A stretch of DNA of 58,138 nucleotides from Pseudobdellovibrio sp. (GTDB lineage Bacteria > Bdellovibrionota > Bdellovibrionia > Bdellovibrionales > Bdellovibrionaceae): positions 1 to 58,138 of the forward strand of contig DALYIB010000001.1 of the NCBI GenBank assembly GCA_031970595.1, given 5' to 3'. The notes beneath the pieces are model-generated. The model made no database searches. It worked only from the letters and a program-made list of their open reading frames with translations, and was not told the origin of the DNA. Shown here piece after piece: positions 28,846 through 38,383 of this stretch (positions within the stretch are counted from its first letter, which is position 1; every line of letters begins with the position of its first letter). Made by a program: the position numbers and the translations under genes.

Positions 28846-30522
28846 ATGAAAATTTTAAAAAAATGTTTTGCTTTCTTATTAGGTTTTATTTTTGCATTTG
28901 GCTTGTTCGAAGGCATTCTGCGCCTAGTTTATACACCCGAATCCTATACACGAGCAAATAGCCCCTCCAGCAAAAGCAGTGACCCTAATTATACTATGCT
29001 TTTTTTAGGAAATTCACATACTTTTGGCGCAGGTGTGAATCCCAAAGACGCTTACCCAGACGTTCTTCAGCGTTTTTTCAATAAAAATTTGAGTTCAAGT
29101 AATTATAAAGTTCGCATTATAAATGCTGGTAAAAATACTGCCAATACAAGTGAGATATATGCAGCCCTTGATTCACAAATTCTAGATTATCATCCAAATA
29201 TGGTTCATATAATGGCCGGCGAGCCAAACTATTGGAACAAAAATGGGATGGGTGATTTTCTTGTTGAAAAATATGGCTACGGCCTAGGTATTTGGTCCCA
29301 AACATTATTATACTTGTCAAACTATTCAAAATTTTTTCGTTGGATTACAAGCATCAGTGATTTGTCCAAAAGCATTCATATTTCAAATGATCTTCAAACT
29401 GAAATTACAGTTTTCAAAGCAATTACCGAAGCTGAAGATCACTATATAAAATTTATTACCAAAAACGCTGAAAATACTGAAGTTTATGAAAAAATATCTC
29501 GATTTATTAATTCCAAAAAAGCGAATCCTCCTAAGGAAATTTGGCGCACACTACTTTATATACATTCTCGCTATCAATTCTATTTGACCGCAGATATTGA
29601 ATCAGTCATTAAGCAAATAAAGTACAGCATTGCATTTGATGCTGGCGAATTTGATATTTTTTCTTATCTATTAATAAAAGAATTACTGGATCTGCCTAAT
29701 CTACAATCTCAATACAAACTTGAACTTAAAAAAATTTTAAACGATCTCGTTAAAGAAAACGCTGAACCTGGCATTATTATTTCAAACAAATGTGCAAAAT
29801 ACACACTGACTTCGAATGACCACGCAATCTCAGCAGACGAAAGAGAATCTGTTTTAATTAAATGTCAAAAACTATTTCCAGCCTTTGCTTTACCAGCCGA
29901 AGGATTAAACGCATATTATTCTGAACACAATCAACCAAATGAAGCTTTTCGTGCAATCATTAAAACGATTTCTGTCAATCCGTTCGCGCGACGAAATGAA
30001 ATTAAAAAACATCTTTTACACATACTCGAAAGTCGCTACGCAGATACAATAATCAAGTCAAATGTACGTAAACTAATCAGTGACTTTTCTAAAAAGTATC
30101 CATCTGAAGCATATCTGTACAGACCTGACAATGGTGAAAAAATTTCTGAATGGATCGACTATGATCTGAAACGAATTGCAAAAAAGTCTTCAGAAGCCGG
30201 CGCCTCTATTGTTTTTCAAAACTATCATTGGCTCAGGAACAAAGCAGAGGGATTTGAACTCAATCAGATTATTGAAAAGTCTGCTTTATCTTTTCAAGTT
30301 CCATTTATCGACATCAGTACGCCCTTTGTTACTACTGTCAAAAATAATGGAAATATAGAAAGTTATTTTACACAAGTATTTGGTCAGAATGATTCTCATC
30401 CCAGCGAAAAAGGACATCGTCTGATCGCCTATTTAATTTATTCAGAAATGGTTCGACAAAAGATTTTGCCGGATGAGTTAAGTCATTTTAATGCAAAAGA
30501 CATTTTAGACGGAAATTACTAA
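28846..30522 (+). CDS. Membrane-anchored SGNH/GDSL hydrolase-family protein (paralog of divergent neighbour)
   Basis: Shares FLGNSHTFGAGV, GEPN.WNKNG, QNYHW and DSHPSEKGH motifs with its neighbour. Start placed at ATG 28846. Confidence 0.8.
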   Translation: MKILKKCFAFLLGFIFAFGLFEGILRLVYTPESYTRANSPSSKSSDPNYTMLFLGNSHTFGAGVNPKDAYPDVLQRFFNKNLSSSNYKVRIINAGKNTANTSEIYAALDSQILDYHPNMVHIMAGEPNYWNKNGMGDFLVEKYGYGLGIWSQTLLYLSNYSKFFRWITSISDLSKSIHISNDLQTEITVFKAITEAEDHYIKFITKNAENTEVYEKISRFINSKKANPPKEIWRTLLYIHSRYQFYLTADIESVIKQIKYSIAFDAGEFDIFSYLLIKELLDLPNLQSQYKLELKKILNDLVKENAEPGIIISNKCAKYTLTSNDHAISADERESVLIKCQKLFPAFALPAEGLNAYYSEHNQPNEAFRAIIKTISVNPFARRNEIKKHLLHILESRYADTIIKSNVRKLISDFSKKYPSEAYLYRPDNGEKISEWIDYDLKRIAKKSSEAGASIVFQNYHWLRNKAEGFELNQIIEKSALSFQVPFIDISTPFVTTVKNNGNIESYFTQVFGQNDSHPSEKGHRLIAYLIYSEMVRQKILPDELSHFNAKDILDGNY

Positions 30523-30540
30523 TTTTAAATGAAGTAAAAA

Positions 30541-30616
<76 letters not shown>

Positions 30617-30648
30617 ACTCGAAAATAGACAATTTAACGTGAATTTGA

Positions 30649-30677
30649 AAATTATCGATTCACTGTATTGATGTCAA
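30649..30677 (-). promoter_or_regulatory. Sigma70-type promoter for tRNA-Phe
   Basis: TTGACA-17nt-TAATTT on the minus strand, about 30 nt upstream of the tRNA. Confidence 0.7.
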
Positions 30678-30711
30678 CAAATCACGTAAAAATCATTAAA
30701 ATAACTGAGAT

Positions 30712-31881
30712 TTAGTCCTTAATTTGATCAAATGCTTGTTTCAAATCGGAAATTAAATCATCGCAATCTTCAACCCCAACAGATAATCTGATTAAAGAGT
30801 CATCAATTCCCAGGATTTTTCTCTGTTCTGCTGGTACCGATGCGTGTGTCATGATCGCCGGATGTTCGATCAAGGATTCGACTCCACCTAAAGATTCAGC
30901 TAATGCAAATACTTGAACTGACTCTAAAAAATGACGAGCTGCTGGTAATCCGCCCTTGATAAAAAACGTAATCATTCCACCAAAACCATGCATTTGTTTT
31001 TTAGCCAATGCATGTTGAGGGTGTGAAGACAAACCTGGATACAAAACCTTTTGAACTTTAGGATGTTTTTCTAGAAATTCAGCTACTTTTTGGGCATTTT
31101 CAGCGTGAGCCTTCATACGAAGAGGAAGGGTCTTAAGGCTTCTCAGCGCCAAGAAAGCATCGAAAGCGCCTTGAACTCCTCCCATTGAATTACTGAGGAA
31201 AGCAAGTTTCTCTGCAATTTCTGCATTGGAAGTCACTGCAACACCGCCAACGACATCACTGTGGCCACCAATGTATTTAGTCGCAGAGTGAACAACAATA
31301 TCGGCGCCTAATTCAATTGGACGTTGAAAATACGGCGACATAAATGTGTTGTCCACGACAACTAAAATATTTTTCTTGTGAGCAATTTCACAAATGGTGC
31401 GGATGTCAGCTAACTTTAATGTCGGATTTGTTGGAGTTTCAATCCAAATCATTTTTGTATTCGACTGCAAAGCTGATTCAAGATTGTTCGAATCCGTTAA
31501 ATCAATAAATGAAAATTCGATCCCGTTATTTTTCAGAACACGATTAAATAACCGAAATGTACCGCCATACATATCATCCATTGCGACAACATGGTCACCC
31601 ATCTTGAGCATATGTAAGACTGTGGTAGTTGCTGCGCAACCACTGGCGAACGCAAAACCATATTTAGCTGATTCTAAATTCGCAATACAATTTTCATATG
31701 CTCGTCTTGTGGGATTATGAGTCCGCGAATATTCCCAGCCCTTATGAACGCCTGGCGATTCTTGAACATATGTTGATGTTAAATAAACCGGAGTCATGAT
31801 CGCGCCCGTTGATGGGTCCGGATTTTGTCCGGCATGAATAGCACGAGTATTAAATTTCATTTTATCTTTAATTTCAGACAT
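30712..31881 (-). CDS. Cystathionine gamma-lyase / gamma-synthase family PLP enzyme
   Basis: YSRTHNPT, ETPTNP, DNTF, HSATKYIGGHSD and AESLGGVESL motifs; paired with a CBS-family gene. Confidence 0.93.
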   Translation of the reverse strand: MSEIKDKMKFNTRAIHAGQNPDPSTGAIMTPVYLTSTYVQESPGVHKGWEYSRTHNPTRRAYENCIANLESAKYGFAFASGCAATTTVLHMLKMGDHVVAMDDMYGGTFRLFNRVLKNNGIEFSFIDLTDSNNLESALQSNTKMIWIETPTNPTLKLADIRTICEIAHKKNILVVVDNTFMSPYFQRPIELGADIVVHSATKYIGGHSDVVGGVAVTSNAEIAEKLAFLSNSMGGVQGAFDAFLALRSLKTLPLRMKAHAENAQKVAEFLEKHPKVQKVLYPGLSSHPQHALAKKQMHGFGGMITFFIKGGLPAARHFLESVQVFALAESLGGVESLIEHPAIMTHASVPAEQRKILGIDDSLIRLSVGVEDCDDLISDLKQAFDQIKD

Positions 31882-32935
31882 AGTTCTTCATCTCCTGATC
31901 GGCTTTGATTTCAATATTAAATGCTTTTTGCATTTCGGCAGCCGTTAAAAATCCATTATCAACCATCCATTGATCATTGAATGCTTTGCTTAAATAAGCT
32001 TTGCCTGAATCCGGCATAACAACGACAAAATTCGATGGCTCTTTCACAGTTTCAGCATGCTTCATGGCTCCTGCTAAAATCAGCGCACTCGATGGGCCGA
32101 CGCACAATCCTTCGTCTATAACTAATTCTCTTGTTAATGAAAAGGCTTCCGGATCTGTCACTTTGACAAAACCATCATACAAATTCAATTTGCAATTGTC
32201 TGGCAACATATCTTCGCCAACACCCTCAACTTTGTAAGCTCCTGGTGGATCAACCACTTTGCCGTGATAATATAAGTCGTACAAAATACTTCCTACAGGA
32301 TCTGCACAGATAACCTTAACTGATGGTTTTTGTTCTTTTAAATATTTGGCGACACCTGATAGGGTTCCACCTGTGCCAACACCCGCTACAAAAAAATCGA
32401 CTTTGCCTTGGCTTTGCTTCCAAATTTCAGGTCCCGTTATTTTATAATGGGCCTCGAAATTGTCTAAATTGTGATATTGATTCGAATAAAAACAATTATT
32501 TGTCTTTTTCTTGATTTCTTCAGCAATTTTTTTAGCGACAGAGTAATGGCTCATAGGATCTTCGGGCTCAACTCCCATGGGAGTAATAACTACTCGAGCT
32601 CCATAGGCGCGCAACATGGCTCTTTTTTCTTCAGACATTTTAGCTGGTAGCACAAAAATACATTTATAACCTTTAACAGCAGCCACCAAAGCCAATCCAA
32701 GACCTGTGTTCCCCGCTGTGGCTTCGACTATCGTGCCTCCGGGTTTTAATTCTCCTCGTTTTTCTGCGGCTTCAATCATAGCTAAAGCAATTCTGTCTTT
32801 AATTGATCCACCCGGATTAAAATACTCAATTTTAGCATAAAATTGATGATGTGCGATCGCAGCTTTTTTGCGCGTCACTTTATTCAGCTTAACCAGCGGA
32901 GTATTTCCGATGGCTTGTAATATACTGTCTACCAT
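31874..32935 (-). CDS. Cystathionine beta-synthase / cysteine synthase family PLP enzyme (no C-terminal CBS domains)
   Basis: NPGGSIKDR, EATAGNTG and GVGTGGT motifs. Confidence 0.9.
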   Translation of the reverse strand: MVDSILQAIGNTPLVKLNKVTRKKAAIAHHQFYAKIEYFNPGGSIKDRIALAMIEAAEKRGELKPGGTIVEATAGNTGLGLALVAAVKGYKCIFVLPAKMSEEKRAMLRAYGARVVITPMGVEPEDPMSHYSVAKKIAEEIKKKTNNCFYSNQYHNLDNFEAHYKITGPEIWKQSQGKVDFFVAGVGTGGTLSGVAKYLKEQKPSVKVICADPVGSILYDLYYHGKVVDPPGAYKVEGVGEDMLPDNCKLNLYDGFVKVTDPEAFSLTRELVIDEGLCVGPSSALILAGAMKHAETVKEPSNFVVVMPDSGKAYLSKAFNDQWMVDNGFLTAAEMQKAFNIEIKADQEMKNYV

Positions 32936-32942
32936 AAGTTCC

Positions 32943-33146
32943 TTATTTTAAATTGACTCTTGTCATTGATTTGATTTGTTGATTTTTTCTGAATTTATCT
33001 GAAAACACGAGGACATCAGACATCAAAATGATGGGATCCGAGTTGTATGGAATTCCAATTTTATCGCACAACTTTTTGACGTTTTTTTGATTAGGAATTT
33101 CTTTACTTAACTCAGAAACCAGCTCTGAATAGCTTTCTAAACTCAT
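32943..33146 (-). CDS. Small hypothetical protein
   Basis: 67-aa ORF with GAGG RBS, 7 nt upstream of the CBS-family gene. Confidence 0.6.
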   Translation of the reverse strand: MSLESYSELVSELSKEIPNQKNVKKLCDKIGIPYNSDPIILMSDVLVFSDKFRKNQQIKSMTRVNLK

Positions 33147-33196
33147 ATACTTAACCTCTGTCTCCTAATATAAAGGTTATTTCAATAATCTCAACT

Positions 33197-33640
33197 TCAA
33201 AGAGCCATTAAATTCAGCGCAGGAACAATAATAATGATCAATATGGCAGGCAAAATAAAGAGCAATAACGGTATTTGCAATCGAAATGGCAATGTGGCTG
33301 TGTGTTTTGCTATATCAGCTAAGCAAATAGCTTGGAACTCGCTTTCAATTTGCATCAGATGATCTGATACTGAATGGCCCGCTAAACCATTTTCTATAAT
33401 CAATAATAATGTTCTTTGATAAATATTAAATAGATCTGTTAAGCGATGGGCTTCTGAACGATTTATTTCTGAATTGTGGCCAATAAGCTGCACCCAGCGA
33501 ACTAAATTTACTGAAAATGGGTCTCGTAATTTGCGATTGATAAATACTTGCAGCCCATATTTGATCGACTTTTGTGATTCAATTGCATTGCGAATATCTC
33601 GACACAAGCGCAATGCCGCCGGCTCCATCATATATTCCAT
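33197..33640 (-). CDS. TadC-like / T2SS F-domain membrane protein (short)
   Basis: G.SV...L...E, LPFRLQIPLLLFILPA and a C-terminal TM resemble the C-terminus of TadC; coupled to the upstream gene. Confidence 0.55.
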   Translation of the reverse strand: MEYMMEPAALRLCRDIRNAIESQKSIKYGLQVFINRKLRDPFSVNLVRWVQLIGHNSEINRSEAHRLTDLFNIYQRTLLLIIENGLAGHSVSDHLMQIESEFQAICLADIAKHTATLPFRLQIPLLLFILPAILIIIIVPALNLMAL

Positions 33641-34362
33641 TTGATTTTCTTTCCGATGTTAAAAATTCCATAAATTCCTGCCAACAAAAGCAAAAAGGAT
33701 ACCAAAATTAGATCTGGATGCTGTTTCAAACCCAAAGAAAGCCACGAAATTGCAAAAAGAAGCACATAAATAACTACGCTCATCATCATTTGTACCCCTA
33801 TTTGTTGATAAATCGCCTCGGACTTTTGTCGAAATTCATTTTCGAGCTGTATTGAGCTCTGAAATCGCCTTAATTGATCTGTAATTTTAGTTTTGGTCAG
33901 CAAAATCGAGCGAATTTCTTTTGCAAAATCAGCAGAAAAGCTTAATCGCGGATTCAAATTTTGAAAATTTTCATCAAAGACGTACAAAATGGGTTGAAAA
34001 ATATATTTTTCAAACTCGGTCAGCTGAAAATAACATTCATGAATCGCTTTTTGCGGAGAATTTCCTGATTGAATTAGGAAAATCAAAGCACTGAGAAGGC
34101 TGTTTTTCCGAGAGGAAAAGATATAAAATGCATATTTTTCGAAAAATAAGAAAAAAAGTATTAAGGTCGAGACAAAAATGCCGATATAAACCATGAAGAA
34201 TATCAATTGGTCTTTGAAAAATAGAGTCAGATAGAACGGAAAAGATAAAATTATAAAAAATATTTTACTTTTTTGCGCATGAACGAGTTGAACGTTCTCG
34301 AAACGAGACAAAACGAGTTTCGAAATTAAAAATCCGAAAACAGAAATTAAAAAACTCATCAT
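33628..34362 (-). CDS. TadB-like membrane protein
   Basis: N-terminal TMs, LIQSG.S, FRQKS...Q.GVQ and two C-terminal TMs. ATG 34362 follows GGAG. Confidence 0.55.
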   Translation of the reverse strand: MMSFLISVFGFLISKLVLSRFENVQLVHAQKSKIFFIILSFPFYLTLFFKDQLIFFMVYIGIFVSTLILFFLFFEKYAFYIFSSRKNSLLSALIFLIQSGNSPQKAIHECYFQLTEFEKYIFQPILYVFDENFQNLNPRLSFSADFAKEIRSILLTKTKITDQLRRFQSSIQLENEFRQKSEAIYQQIGVQMMMSVVIYVLLFAISWLSLGLKQHPDLILVSFLLLLAGIYGIFNIGKKIKWNI

Positions 34363-34419
34363 TCGCAGCACTCCAACACTCCATTTCGACGTTGCAAACC
34401 CTGTGCAAGAAAAAAAGTG

Positions 34420-34447
34420 TTGACGAGACAGATCATTTTGTTACCAT
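34420..34447 (+). promoter_or_regulatory. Sigma70-type promoter for the Lys-rich microprotein
   Basis: TTGACG-16nt-TACCAT with an extended TG. Confidence 0.6.
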
Positions 34448-34522
34448 TTTGTTAAGGGAGACTGAAAAGTCAAAACAACAACAACGTGAGTTTAGAAATA
34501 AATTCACACGAGAGGAGCAACC

Positions 34523-34606
34523 ATGGCTAAGAAAAAAGCTAAAAAAGCAACTAAGAAAGCTGCTAAAAAAACTACAAAAAAAGCTACTAAAAAGAAAAAG
34601 AAGTAG
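34523..34606 (+). CDS. 27-aa Lys-rich histone-H1-like microprotein MAKKKAKKATKKAAKKTTKKATKKKKK (not in ORF track)
   Basis: GAGGAG RBS shortly before the ATG; own promoter and terminator; 16 of 27 residues are Lys. Confidence 0.8.
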   Translation: MAKKKAKKATKKAAKKTTKKATKKKKK

Positions 34607-34632
34607 TTAGTTTTGTAAAGCTAAATGCTTTC

Positions 34633-34664
34633 AAAAGGGCTGGTAGAAATACCGGCCCTTTTTT
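34633..34664. terminator. Probably bidirectional intrinsic terminator
   Basis: AAAAGGGCTGGTA-GAAA-TACCGGCCCTTTTTT hairpin between convergent genes. Confidence 0.88.
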
Positions 34665-34705
34665 ATTTTATAAGAATGATAAGTGCTTAATATCGCTAGA
34701 AAAAA

Positions 34706-35320
34706 TTAATAGAAATAAATCAAACCAACTGCGCCTGTTGGGATCAATGTCACTTTAGAAATATCTGTCATGACAAGTAGCTCACCGTAAAAATTCACAC
34801 CCGAAAGATCGCCTTCGATTTGGTTGTATTCCAAACCCGCTCCGCCTGCGATGAAGTTTGTACCGAATTTATTTTCGCGAATTTCTTTTTCGCTAAGGAC
34901 TCGCTTAAGGATATCGTTGCTGTTCGCAGAGCCCGATCCCGAGTTATTATTAAACCACTTACCGTACCCGACCTTAGTGTAGGGAGACAGATATTGTGAC
35001 TCAAAATTATACTTCCAGCCAAAATTAAAAGAATTATAGGCTTCACCGCGACCCAAACCTAAAAAGAGCGCATTCGCCGGCTCTAAATTGAATTCTCCGT
35101 TAATACCAAAACCGCCCGTTAAACCACCTGTTACTACGCCCACGCCAATTTTTTTAAAGGCTTTCATTTCGTAGTTAGTCGTATAAATTTCGATGCCCTC
35201 GTTATCGATACGTTGGTTTTTTGTAAAAACTGATACTTGAGGAGCCGCATAGGATTGCGATACTTCTGCTTGGGCTTGAAAAGCCGTTAAAACTAATACT
35301 ATTTGAATGATCCATTTCAT
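34706..35320 (-). CDS. Secreted outer-membrane beta-barrel-like protein
   Basis: Signal peptide (AQA), amphipathic Gly/aromatic strands, C-terminal LIYFY. Start at ATG 35320 after GAGGTG. Confidence 0.65.
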   Translation of the reverse strand: MKWIIQIVLVLTAFQAQAEVSQSYAAPQVSVFTKNQRIDNEGIEIYTTNYEMKAFKKIGVGVVTGGLTGGFGINGEFNLEPANALFLGLGRGEAYNSFNFGWKYNFESQYLSPYTKVGYGKWFNNNSGSGSANSNDILKRVLSEKEIRENKFGTNFIAGGAGLEYNQIEGDLSGVNFYGELLVMTDISKVTLIPTGAVGLIYFY

Positions 35321-35386
35321 AAACACCTCTATTCCCATTCATTTTGAATAAAAAGGAACTGTCGAGGCAAGTAAATTCGAAATCAT

Positions 35387-36277
35387 TTAAAAATTAACAA
35401 TGCTCGCTGTGAAATGAGGATTGAGTTGCTCTACATTATATTTATAATTAAAAACAGCGCCTTGAGTACGCACCTCTGCTATCAAATCTAAATTTAAATC
35501 TTGATAAACCCAACCTTCAGAGTTGATAAGTCCCTGCGCCAAAACCCCGTCATCAGTGAACCCTAAATCTGGTGGACCATAGACTGCGGCTTGTCCGGTA
35601 TTAATATCCACCGCAGGAGACCATTTCGAATCAAGGATTGTTTGCGCAACAACCACAAAAAATTGATTTTCCAAGGCGCGAGCGCGTGCACCAATATGGA
35701 CACGATGAAGACCCTTCAAAGTTTCGGTGCAGGACGGTGCTAATAAAATTTGAGCTCCATTTCGAGCCGCAATCTGTGCTGGCCCTGGAAATTCCACATC
35801 AAAACAAATTGAAACAGAAAAACTAAAAGACTTTGTTTTAAAAATTTTAATAATCGGCTCACCTGATTGGACTTTCCAGTCCTCGTCTTCAAAGCGAGTC
35901 ATAAAATGTTTGTCTTGGTAATCGACTTTTCCATCGGAAGAAAAAACAAAAGCCCGATTCACAACTCGTTCATGATCAACAACAGGAATACTGGGCGCTA
36001 AAATATAAATATTGTTTTGAACTGCTTGCTTACGAAAATATTTTTTGAATTCTTCTATATAAACTGACAGGCCCCGAGCCAGATAAGTTAAATCTTGTCT
36101 GTCGTTTTCGCCAAACAAAGATGTTAATTCGATTGCGCCATATTCAGGAAAAACAAGCAATTCAGCTTGCTCAGCAACTGCGGCCGCAATCCAGCGATCC
36201 ATGTGTTTTTGCCAATCAAGCCAGCTAGAGAAAAATGAAATAGGATATTGCGCCGATGCGACTTTTACACTGGCCAT
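35387..36277 (-). CDS. Carbon-nitrogen hydrolase (nitrilase superfamily)
   Basis: Catalytic triad FPEY, QDK, ICFDVEFP; ARALENQ motif. Confidence 0.9.
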   Translation of the reverse strand: MASVKVASAQYPISFFSSWLDWQKHMDRWIAAAVAEQAELLVFPEYGAIELTSLFGENDRQDLTYLARGLSVYIEEFKKYFRKQAVQNNIYILAPSIPVVDHERVVNRAFVFSSDGKVDYQDKHFMTRFEDEDWKVQSGEPIIKIFKTKSFSFSVSICFDVEFPGPAQIAARNGAQILLAPSCTETLKGLHRVHIGARARALENQFFVVVAQTILDSKWSPAVDINTGQAAVYGPPDLGFTDDGVLAQGLINSEGWVYQDLNLDLIAEVRTQGAVFNYKYNVEQLNPHFTASIVNF

Positions 36278-36864
36278 TGTTTCACCCAAAAAGATAAGGA
36301 TTTAACTGTTTCTACTGATTCGTTCATGTCCTGCCACTGCAAATAACATTTTAAGTTTTCTTTTTTCAAATAGCCTCGAGAATTCCAAAATAAATCCAAT
36401 GGCTGATAGTCTGATGGTCTTTGTGGATGTGTGCTTGGACGATCAACCGCGCAAAATGTCGTAGTTTCAATCTTTGGAAAACTGCGCGCATAGTTTTCTC
36501 GAAGTTCAAAAAATTTTTTACCTATTCCTTGGCCACGAAATTGCGGCTGCAATAAACTTTCACCAAAATAAAAAATGGAATCGGTCGAAATTCCAGCTGT
36601 GATAAATGGTTTTTTGACTTCTTCCATTTCGTCATTCATATGCTGGCATGTCGACATCCCAACAAGTTCTACTTTTTCTGTTTCCGCCACAAATATCATC
36701 GCTGTTTTTGAGTCCAAATAGCGGCCAAGATATTTAACCTCGTAATCAAGTGACCCATCATAAATATACGGAAATTCTTTGAAAACTGTGATCCGAAGCG
36801 CTGCCAATTCACTTAAACGAGCGCGCGCCTCCGACGACGTCATAGATCGAACAATGATGCCCAC
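36265..36864 (-). CDS. GNAT family acetyltransferase
   Basis: ESLLQPQFRGQGIG acetyl-CoA binding motif. Confidence 0.9.
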   Translation of the reverse strand: MGIIVRSMTSSEARARLSELAALRITVFKEFPYIYDGSLDYEVKYLGRYLDSKTAMIFVAETEKVELVGMSTCQHMNDEMEEVKKPFITAGISTDSIFYFGESLLQPQFRGQGIGKKFFELRENYARSFPKIETTTFCAVDRPSTHPQRPSDYQPLDLFWNSRGYLKKENLKCYLQWQDMNESVETVKSLSFWVKQWPV

Positions 36865-37265
36865 TATTTAACCATTTCTATCCATTGAGGCAAATTATAA
36901 TAGGTCGTAACACGTTTAATTTTTTGGTCTTTGATTTCAAAAAAAGATCCCGCACGAATCACATACTTTTGATTTTTAGCGATCGGCAATTGGCCATCGG
37001 TTTTTAAATATTCACCATGAACAAAATATTCTGCTGAAACTTTGTCAGATGAATCTGAGGAAAAAATGGTCATATCCTTAAGCTGCTCTTTGTAGCACTC
37101 ATCCATATGCTTCATAAAACTTTTGAAAGCTTCAATGCCCACTTGAGTTTTGCCTTGATTAATATCATGTTCCACGTCGGGGTGAAGCATTTCAATCATT
37201 TGAGCGGAATTGCCATCATTAAAAGCCTTGAAATAATTTTTTACAACTTCTGTGTTTGTGTTCAT
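36864..37265 (-). CDS. SnoaL-like / ketosteroid-isomerase-like protein
   Basis: VVKNYFKAFN.G, HDINQG and GSFFEIKD.KI.RVTTYYN motifs. Start uncertain (37265 or 37298). Confidence 0.85.
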   Translation of the reverse strand: MNTNTEVVKNYFKAFNDGNSAQMIEMLHPDVEHDINQGKTQVGIEAFKSFMKHMDECYKEQLKDMTIFSSDSSDKVSAEYFVHGEYLKTDGQLPIAKNQKYVIRAGSFFEIKDQKIKRVTTYYNLPQWIEMVK

Positions 37266-37418
37266 AAGTGACAAATCTAAGGATTTTTTAACTATCACAC
37301 AATCGATATTTTTAAAGTCTAGAACAGCACGGCAAAGGCCTTCTGGTCTTGAGATTTAAGCTTAGATCTAATACAACATTTACATCCAATTTAAATCAAA
37401 AAAACTAAGGAGAAATAT

Positions 37419-38363
37419 ATGACTCATAAACGTAAAAAAATTGCTGTGATTGGCGCCGGCTTTGTTGGTTCTACAACAGCTCACTGGGCTGCTCAAAAAG
37501 AACTTGGCGACGTCGTTCTTTTGGACGTCAACGAAGGCGCTGCAATCGGTAAATCAATGGATTTATTCCAATCTGCACCGATCGAATTATTTGATTCAAA
37601 AGTTAAAGGAACTTCAAACTACGCAGACATCAAAGATTCTGATGTTGTTATTATCACTGCAGGTATGCCACGCAAACCGGGCATGAGCCGTGATGAGCTT
37701 GTTGGTATCAATGCAAAAATCGTTAAAGATGTTTGTGCTGGAATCAAACAACACGCACCGAACTCGATTGTAATCGTTGTTTGTAATCCAATGGACGTTA
37801 TGGCTGTTTACGCTAAACAACAATTGGGCTTCCCTCGTGAACGCGTTATCGGCATGGGTGGATCTTTAGACTCTGCACGTTTCCGCGCTTTCATCGCCGA
37901 AGAATTAAATGTATCTGTTAAAGACGTCACTGGCGTAGTTATTGGAAATCACGGTGATGCTATGATGCCTGTTGTTCGCACAGCTTCTGTAGGCTCTGCG
38001 CCGTTGGTTGATTTGCTTCCAGCAGAAAAAATTAACGCGATCGTGGCTCGTACAAAACAAGCTGGCGCTGAAATCGGCGGACACCTTAAGACGGGTTCTG
38101 CTTATTATGCTCCTTCACGTGGCGCAATTGAAATGGCTGAAGCAATCCTTAAAGATCAAAAGCGTATTATTCCATGCGCTGTAGAACTGAATGGTGAATT
38201 CGGCGTTAACGACAAGTTAATGGTTGGTGTTTTATGTCAACTTGGCGGTAACGGTATGGAAAAAATTATCGACTTTAAAATGAATGCTGATGAAAAAGCT
38301 GAGTTTGATAAATCAGTCGAAGCAGTTCGTAATTTAGTTGCGACACTTAAAAACGTTCAATAA
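37419..38363 (+). CDS. mdh: Malate dehydrogenase (LDH-like)
   Basis: [23 protein letters not shown] and GNHGD motifs. Confidence 0.96.
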   Translation: MTHKRKKIAVIGAGFVGSTTAHWAAQKELGDVVLLDVNEGAAIGKSMDLFQSAPIELFDSKVKGTSNYADIKDSDVVIITAGMPRKPGMSRDELVGINAKIVKDVCAGIKQHAPNSIVIVVCNPMDVMAVYAKQQLGFPRERVIGMGGSLDSARFRAFIAEELNVSVKDVTGVVIGNHGDAMMPVVRTASVGSAPLVDLLPAEKINAIVARTKQAGAEIGGHLKTGSAYYAPSRGAIEMAEAILKDQKRIIPCAVELNGEFGVNDKLMVGVLCQLGGNGMEKIIDFKMNADEKAEFDKSVEAVRNLVATLKNVQ

Positions 38364-38383
38364 TTAAAGATCGGATTTTTGAA

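Larger units (their letters stand above)
8705..30522. other. Accessory biosynthetic island (CarA/CarB-like core plus radical SAM array)
   Basis: Eighteen contiguous non-housekeeping genes between pgeF and the 3' end of tRNA-Phe. Confidence 0.75.

Noticed and set aside
30712..32935. CBS/CGL pair as sulfur supply for a thioether side chain of the cluster product
   Set aside because: The pair lies on the far side of tRNA-Phe and looks like ordinary reverse transsulfuration. Nothing links it to the island.
34392..34610. 72-aa Leu/Lys-rich ORF in the track
   Set aside because: It starts at TTG upstream of the promoter and has no RBS. It is an off-frame shadow of the 27-aa microprotein.
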